Positions 28,986 to 32,106 of a stretch of DNA of 32,106 nucleotides are shown piece by piece. The stretch's first letter is position 1; each line of letters begins with the position of its first letter. Source of the stretch: a virus. Taxonomy: Duplodnaviria > Heunggongvirae > Uroviricota > Caudoviricetes. The stretch lies in the IMG/VR virus record IMGVR_UViG_2671180890_000008; one strand, written 5' to 3'. Below the pieces are notes generated by a model. It was given only the letters and a program-made list of their open reading frames with translations, did not search any database and was not told the DNA's origin. A program made the position numbers and the translations under genes.

Positions 28986-29290
28986 TACCAGCTCCTTTTA
29001 TCGTTAAGTTTCCTGGATACATCAGCGCAATAACTGGCGAGTTCTGTCGTTAATTTTGTCAGTTCATCCACGGAGGAAATTTGCTTGTGGAACACAGCGC
29101 GTTTAACAAGTAAATTGACCACATCAGACAGGAGGTTTAATTCATTCTGATAAATCGCGATAACAGATTCACTTATGTCGCGTTTTTCTTTATCAAGACA
29201 AAGTTGAATAAGAGACAAATCGCCATTTTTCATAACGGCGATTTTTAAGGCGTTATTCAGTAATACAACTGAATGAGAACAGGACATCAA
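28985..29290 (-). CDS. Small early-operon protein, 101 aa, function unknown
   Basis: ORF in the early operon, lower GC; start overlaps the upstream stop. Confidence 0.55.
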   Translation of the reverse strand: MMSCSHSVVLLNNALKIAVMKNGDLSLIQLCLDKEKRDISESVIAIYQNELNLLSDVVNLLVKRAVFHKQISSVDELTKLTTELASYCADVSRKLNDKRSW

Positions 29291-29544
29291 AGCACCTCCC
29301 CGCGAGACAATCCGATATTGTGAAATTTTTCCGACTCCTGACTGAGCAGCTCGACTATCTCCACGCGGGATAACTCCGCCTTTGTGATATGGCGAATCAT
29401 GGCGTCAAGATGAGAAGAAAAGCGCGTCGCAGCATCAGCCTGTGCTTCGGTTCTGGCCTGTTGCAGCAGTAATGCGTATTTACCGCACTGATTTTCAGAA
29501 ACTGTATGCATGACTTTCTCCAGGCAAAAAGAAGCCCCGCACAA
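29287..29544 (-). CDS. Small early-operon protein, 85 aa, function unknown
   Basis: ORF directly downstream of B in the early operon. Confidence 0.55.
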   Translation of the reverse strand: MCGASFCLEKVMHTVSENQCGKYALLLQQARTEAQADAATRFSSHLDAMIRHITKAELSRVEIVELLSQESEKFHNIGLSRGEVL

Positions 29545-29574
29545 TTAAGTGCGTTAAAAACTCTGGTTAATTAC

Positions 29575-30075
29575 TTAATGCAGATATTGCTCTGGTTTTA
29601 CCGACGTCAGAATTGTCGGTGCATACTCAAACAGACTGAATAATTCACGTAATGCACGGAATAAAGCATCACGCCAGTAACATGATTCTTCATTAATTCG
29701 CCAGTATGGCTGGTTAAATTCTTTTTCTGTCAGTCGTGCGTGCATAAATAAAGTGCGACGCTGACTGACTGTTAAAAAACTAATATATGCATACTCACTT
29801 GCGCCAACCTGACGGCGTTTTGAGAATGCCCCACGCAATTCATCAATTGCACATACCAATCGTTCACGTTCGACGTCGTTCATTTCTTCAAAACGCATCG
29901 TTGCGTGACGCTGTTTTAACTGAGCATGGAAGCAAACCGTTAACCGTTCGCGCTCCATCATCTGATTATAATAATCACATGTATCCTGCCAGCGAGGAAC
30001 GGCAAGATGCTTACCAATTATCCGGCGCATGGTTGCTGGCTGTTTTTCAACGAGATTGAGCGTCATCACTGTCAT
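29575..30075 (-). CDS. B: Replication protein B (helicase loader-like), 166 aa
   Basis: 166 aa, P2 gpB length and position. Confidence 0.85.
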   Translation of the reverse strand: MTVMTLNLVEKQPATMRRIIGKHLAVPRWQDTCDYYNQMMERERLTVCFHAQLKQRHATMRFEEMNDVERERLVCAIDELRGAFSKRRQVGASEYAYISFLTVSQRRTLFMHARLTEKEFNQPYWRINEESCYWRDALFRALRELFSLFEYAPTILTSVKPEQYLH

Positions 30076-30308
30076 TTCCAGACCCTCCGGCTTTTCAGAA
30101 AGGTCAGAGCCTTTTTTACCGGACTCTGTTTTTTGGTGCGGATAATGATTCCCTTACGCCCCTTACCGTGGGTGATGGTGAAGTCAATCGCCCTGGGGCT
30201 TTCGTTACGCAATAACTGAGCAATACAACGAGGCTCGTTCATCCTTTCCACCTTAAGCCGCACGGCCATGTCTTGATTTGCTGTAACTAATGCGATTTTT
30301 CCAGTCAT
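30072..30308 (-). CDS. orf78: orf78-like small early protein, 78 aa
   Basis: Internal Met (MTGKIAL...) gives 78 aa, sitting between cox and B as P2 orf78 does. Confidence 0.55.
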   Translation of the reverse strand: MTGKIALVTANQDMAVRLKVERMNEPRCIAQLLRNESPRAIDFTITHGKGRKGIIIRTKKQSPVKKALTFLKSRRVWK

Positions 30309-30624
30309 GCCATTCTGTCGGAGCTTCATCAACTAGCTGGGCTGCGTACTTGTCCCACTCACGGCGATTAATCCATAATTCAGCTTTCCCTCTTGGTTTT
30401 AATGGGTCTGTCATGTAGAAGGCTGGCAGCTTTCCTGCTTTAGCCATTTCAGCCACCGCGCGTGGTGTCTTACCGATGTAAAGAGCAAAACCTTCTTTCG
30501 ACAGCAAATCAGATGGGCGCTCTGAAATCTGAATGCTTTTACGTTTGGCTTCATTTTCGAAACTTGCCTCATCGCTAGTTGGACAAGAAATTTCTACATT
30601 TGTCGTCACTTTGCTATCCTCCAT
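30253..30624 (-). CDS. cox: Cox-like excisionase / early-promoter regulator with an N-terminal extension (118-123 aa; start uncertain)
   Basis: 'FALYIGKTPRAVAEMAKAGKLPAFYMTDP' parallels the P2 Cox HTH region as remembered; first gene of the early operon, divergent from C. A GTG at 30607-30609 with an upstream GGAGG is an alternative start. Confidence 0.6.
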   Translation of the reverse strand: MEDSKVTTNVEISCPTSDEASFENEAKRKSIQISERPSDLLSKEGFALYIGKTPRAVAEMAKAGKLPAFYMTDPLKPRGKAELWINRREWDKYAAQLVDEAPTEWHDWKNRISYSKSRHGRAA

Positions 30625-30717
30625 AAGATTTGCGATTCACCAACTGGAGCCATCTAGAGCCTTTTTGAGCGAATCACAAATTGCCAAGTAACAATATAAT
30701 TGGAGATTAGCAAAATT
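30625..30717. promoter_or_regulatory. Lysis-lysogeny switch region with divergent promoters and candidate operator direct repeats
   Basis: 93-bp interval between divergent cox and C. Direct repeats GCGATTCAC (30632-30640) and GCGAATCAC (30669-30677); TATAAT at 30695-30700 on the plus strand. Confidence 0.45.
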
Positions 30718-31017
30718 ATGTCAAGTGAACAAAGTGAGAAACTAAAGCTCATCCGTGAATCCGAACGCCTTAAAACTAAGGAACTTGCTGAATTAATTGG
30801 AATTAATTACTACACATATCATGGATATGAATCAGGAAAATCAAAAATGCCTATGGAAGCAGGTATGAAGCTGTTTAAGCATCCACGCTTTCGCAAGTAT
30901 CGTGACTGGTTCATGTTTGATGAAACAGATCCAGCAGCTGGACAAATAGCCCCGGCTCTCGCACACATTGGGCAAGACTCAACAACCTTGCACCACTCAG
31001 ACCAGAAGACTGGCTGA
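30718..31017 (+). CDS. C: Immunity repressor C, 99 aa
   Basis: Start at the second Met gives 99 aa; C-terminus '...AGQIAPALAHIGQDSTTLHHSDQKTG' closely resembles the P2 C C-terminus as remembered. Confidence 0.8.
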   Translation: MSSEQSEKLKLIRESERLKTKELAELIGINYYTYHGYESGKSKMPMEAGMKLFKHPRFRKYRDWFMFDETDPAAGQIAPALAHIGQDSTTLHHSDQKTG

Positions 31018-31110
31018 CGATTTATTCAGCATATGTGTGTAGTAAATGTACGAAAGAAAATTGCATTAATTTTCAAGTAGTAGAAGTAAACAGCGTCATC
31101 GGAGGGCTTT

Positions 31111-32106
31111 ATGTCTATTAAAAAGCTCGATGATGGTCGTTATGAAGTGGACGTCAGACCGCAGGGTGCAGATGGAAAACGTATCAGGCGGAAATTTAAA
31201 ACTAAAGGTGAAGCTCAAGCATTCGAACGTCATGTACTGGTTAACTACCACAACAAAGAGTGGTTGGAGAAACCAGCCGACCGCCGAACTCTTACAGAGT
31301 TGTTAGGCAGATGGTGGATATATCACGGAAAATCACATGAGCGTGGAGATATTGAACGGGGGCGTTTAACGACAATAATCGCCAAATTTGCAGAAATGGG
31401 AGTGTCCAGAGCTGACCAGCTAACAAAGAAAACGATAACTGATTATCGCGTTGTAATGATGAACGATGGTCTGAAACCAGCCAGCGTAAATCGACATCTG
31501 GCAATAATGAGCGGGATGTTCACCAAGTTAATTGACGCCGGTGAATACCACTCTCACAACCCGTTCCGTGAGATTAAACGGTTACGTGAAGCTGTTACGG
31601 AAATGGCTTTTTTGTCCAGTGAAGAGATTACGCGGCTGTTATCCATGCTTGATGGTGATGAATTAAATGCAACTCTGGTCTGCCTTTCTACTGGTGGACG
31701 CTGGAGTGAAGTGTCTAATTTAAAAGCTGAACACATCATTAACCAGATGGTTACGTTTATGAAAACTAAAAACGGAAAACGCAGGACAATTCCCGTTTCG
31801 CAGGACCTGATTAAACGGATCAAGACCAAAAATTCAGGCAGGCTTTTTAATGCCAGTTACTACAAAGTGCGTAACGCTCTCAGGGAAGTAAAACCCGATT
31901 TACCTGACGGACAAGCAGTACATGTTTTGAGGCATACATTTGCCACACATTTTATAATGAATGGAGGTAACATAATCACATTGCAGCGCATCCTGGGTCA
32001 TTCTAACATTCAGCAAACTATGACCTACGCACACTTTGCACCGGATTTCTTACAAGATGCTGTGACTCTTAACCCGGTGTCAGGAATGTCCATAATGCGT
32101 CCATAA
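31111..32106 (+). CDS. int: Tyrosine integrase, 331 aa
   Basis: C-terminal catalytic region 'VHVLRHTFATHFIMNGGNIITLQRILGHSNIQQTMTYAHF' has the R...HxxR...Y residues of tyrosine recombinases; GGAGG 5 nt upstream of the ATG. Confidence 0.9.
   Translation: MSIKKLDDGRYEVDVRPQGADGKRIRRKFKTKGEAQAFERHVLVNYHNKEWLEKPADRRTLTELLGRWWIYHGKSHERGDIERGRLTTIIAKFAEMGVSRADQLTKKTITDYRVVMMNDGLKPASVNRHLAIMSGMFTKLIDAGEYHSHNPFREIKRLREAVTEMAFLSSEEITRLLSMLDGDELNATLVCLSTGGRWSEVSNLKAEHIINQMVTFMKTKNGKRRTIPVSQDLIKRIKTKNSGRLFNASYYKVRNALREVKPDLPDGQAVHVLRHTFATHFIMNGGNIITLQRILGHSNIQQTMTYAHFAPDFLQDAVTLNPVSGMSIMRP

Larger units (their letters stand above)
1..32106. mobile_element. Near-complete P2-like (Peduovirus-type) prophage, int through ogr; att sites lie outside the window
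   Basis: Full P2 gene order with P2-like protein lengths (ogr 72, D 387, U 159, T 815, FII 172, FI 396, I 176, J 302, W 115, V 211, S 150, R 155, N 357, M 247, Q 344, B 166 aa), plus a cos site and a tyrosine integrase at the right end. Confidence 0.9.

Noticed and set aside
30700-30717. First in-frame ATG of the C ORF, giving 105 aa
   Set aside because: It has no ribosome-binding site and would start inside the predicted -10; the second ATG gives the P2-like 99-aa length.
1-32106. tRNA, rRNA, CRISPR arrays, insertion-sequence transposases
   Set aside because: None seen by eye: no regularly spaced direct repeats, no transposase-like ORFs, no obvious tRNA-like structure; a covariance-model scan would be needed to exclude tRNAs formally.

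Overview
The window is essentially one near-complete P2-like (Peduovirus-type) enterobacterial prophage, read from the six-frame track and the raw sequence without any database search. Gene order is colinear with phage P2: ogr-D-U-T-E/E'-FII-FI, then G-H-I-J-W-V-S-R-lysCBA-K-Y-X-L-M-N-O on the minus strand, P-Q on the plus strand, the cos site, then A, four small early ORFs, B, orf78 and cox on the minus strand, and C-int on the plus strand. The window starts at the ogr stop codon and ends at the int stop codon, so no att sites are present. Assignments to P2 genes rest on protein length and remembered sequence similarity. Two accessory islands sit at the two places where P2-like phages are known to carry variable cargo. 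(1) Between cos and replication gene A (the tin/old position) is a strongly AT-rich single-gene island encoding a 610-aa protein with no ATPase motif and a C-terminal R-x4-H-x-G (HEPN-like) motif; this is my best candidate for a previously undescribed single-gene anti-phage system. (2) Between FI and G (the Z/fun position) is a convergent gene pair separated by a perfect bidirectional terminator: a RES-domain toxin-like protein and a 214-aa HTH protein with an Xre/MbcA/ParS-like C-terminus and an unusual N-terminal extension, followed by about 700 bp of unexplained sequence. Other points are the conserved E/E' -1 frameshift, the 19-nt cos site, and a mosaic tail fiber H with internal repeats and a His-x-His C-terminal tip. 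I saw no tRNA, rRNA, CRISPR array or transposase.
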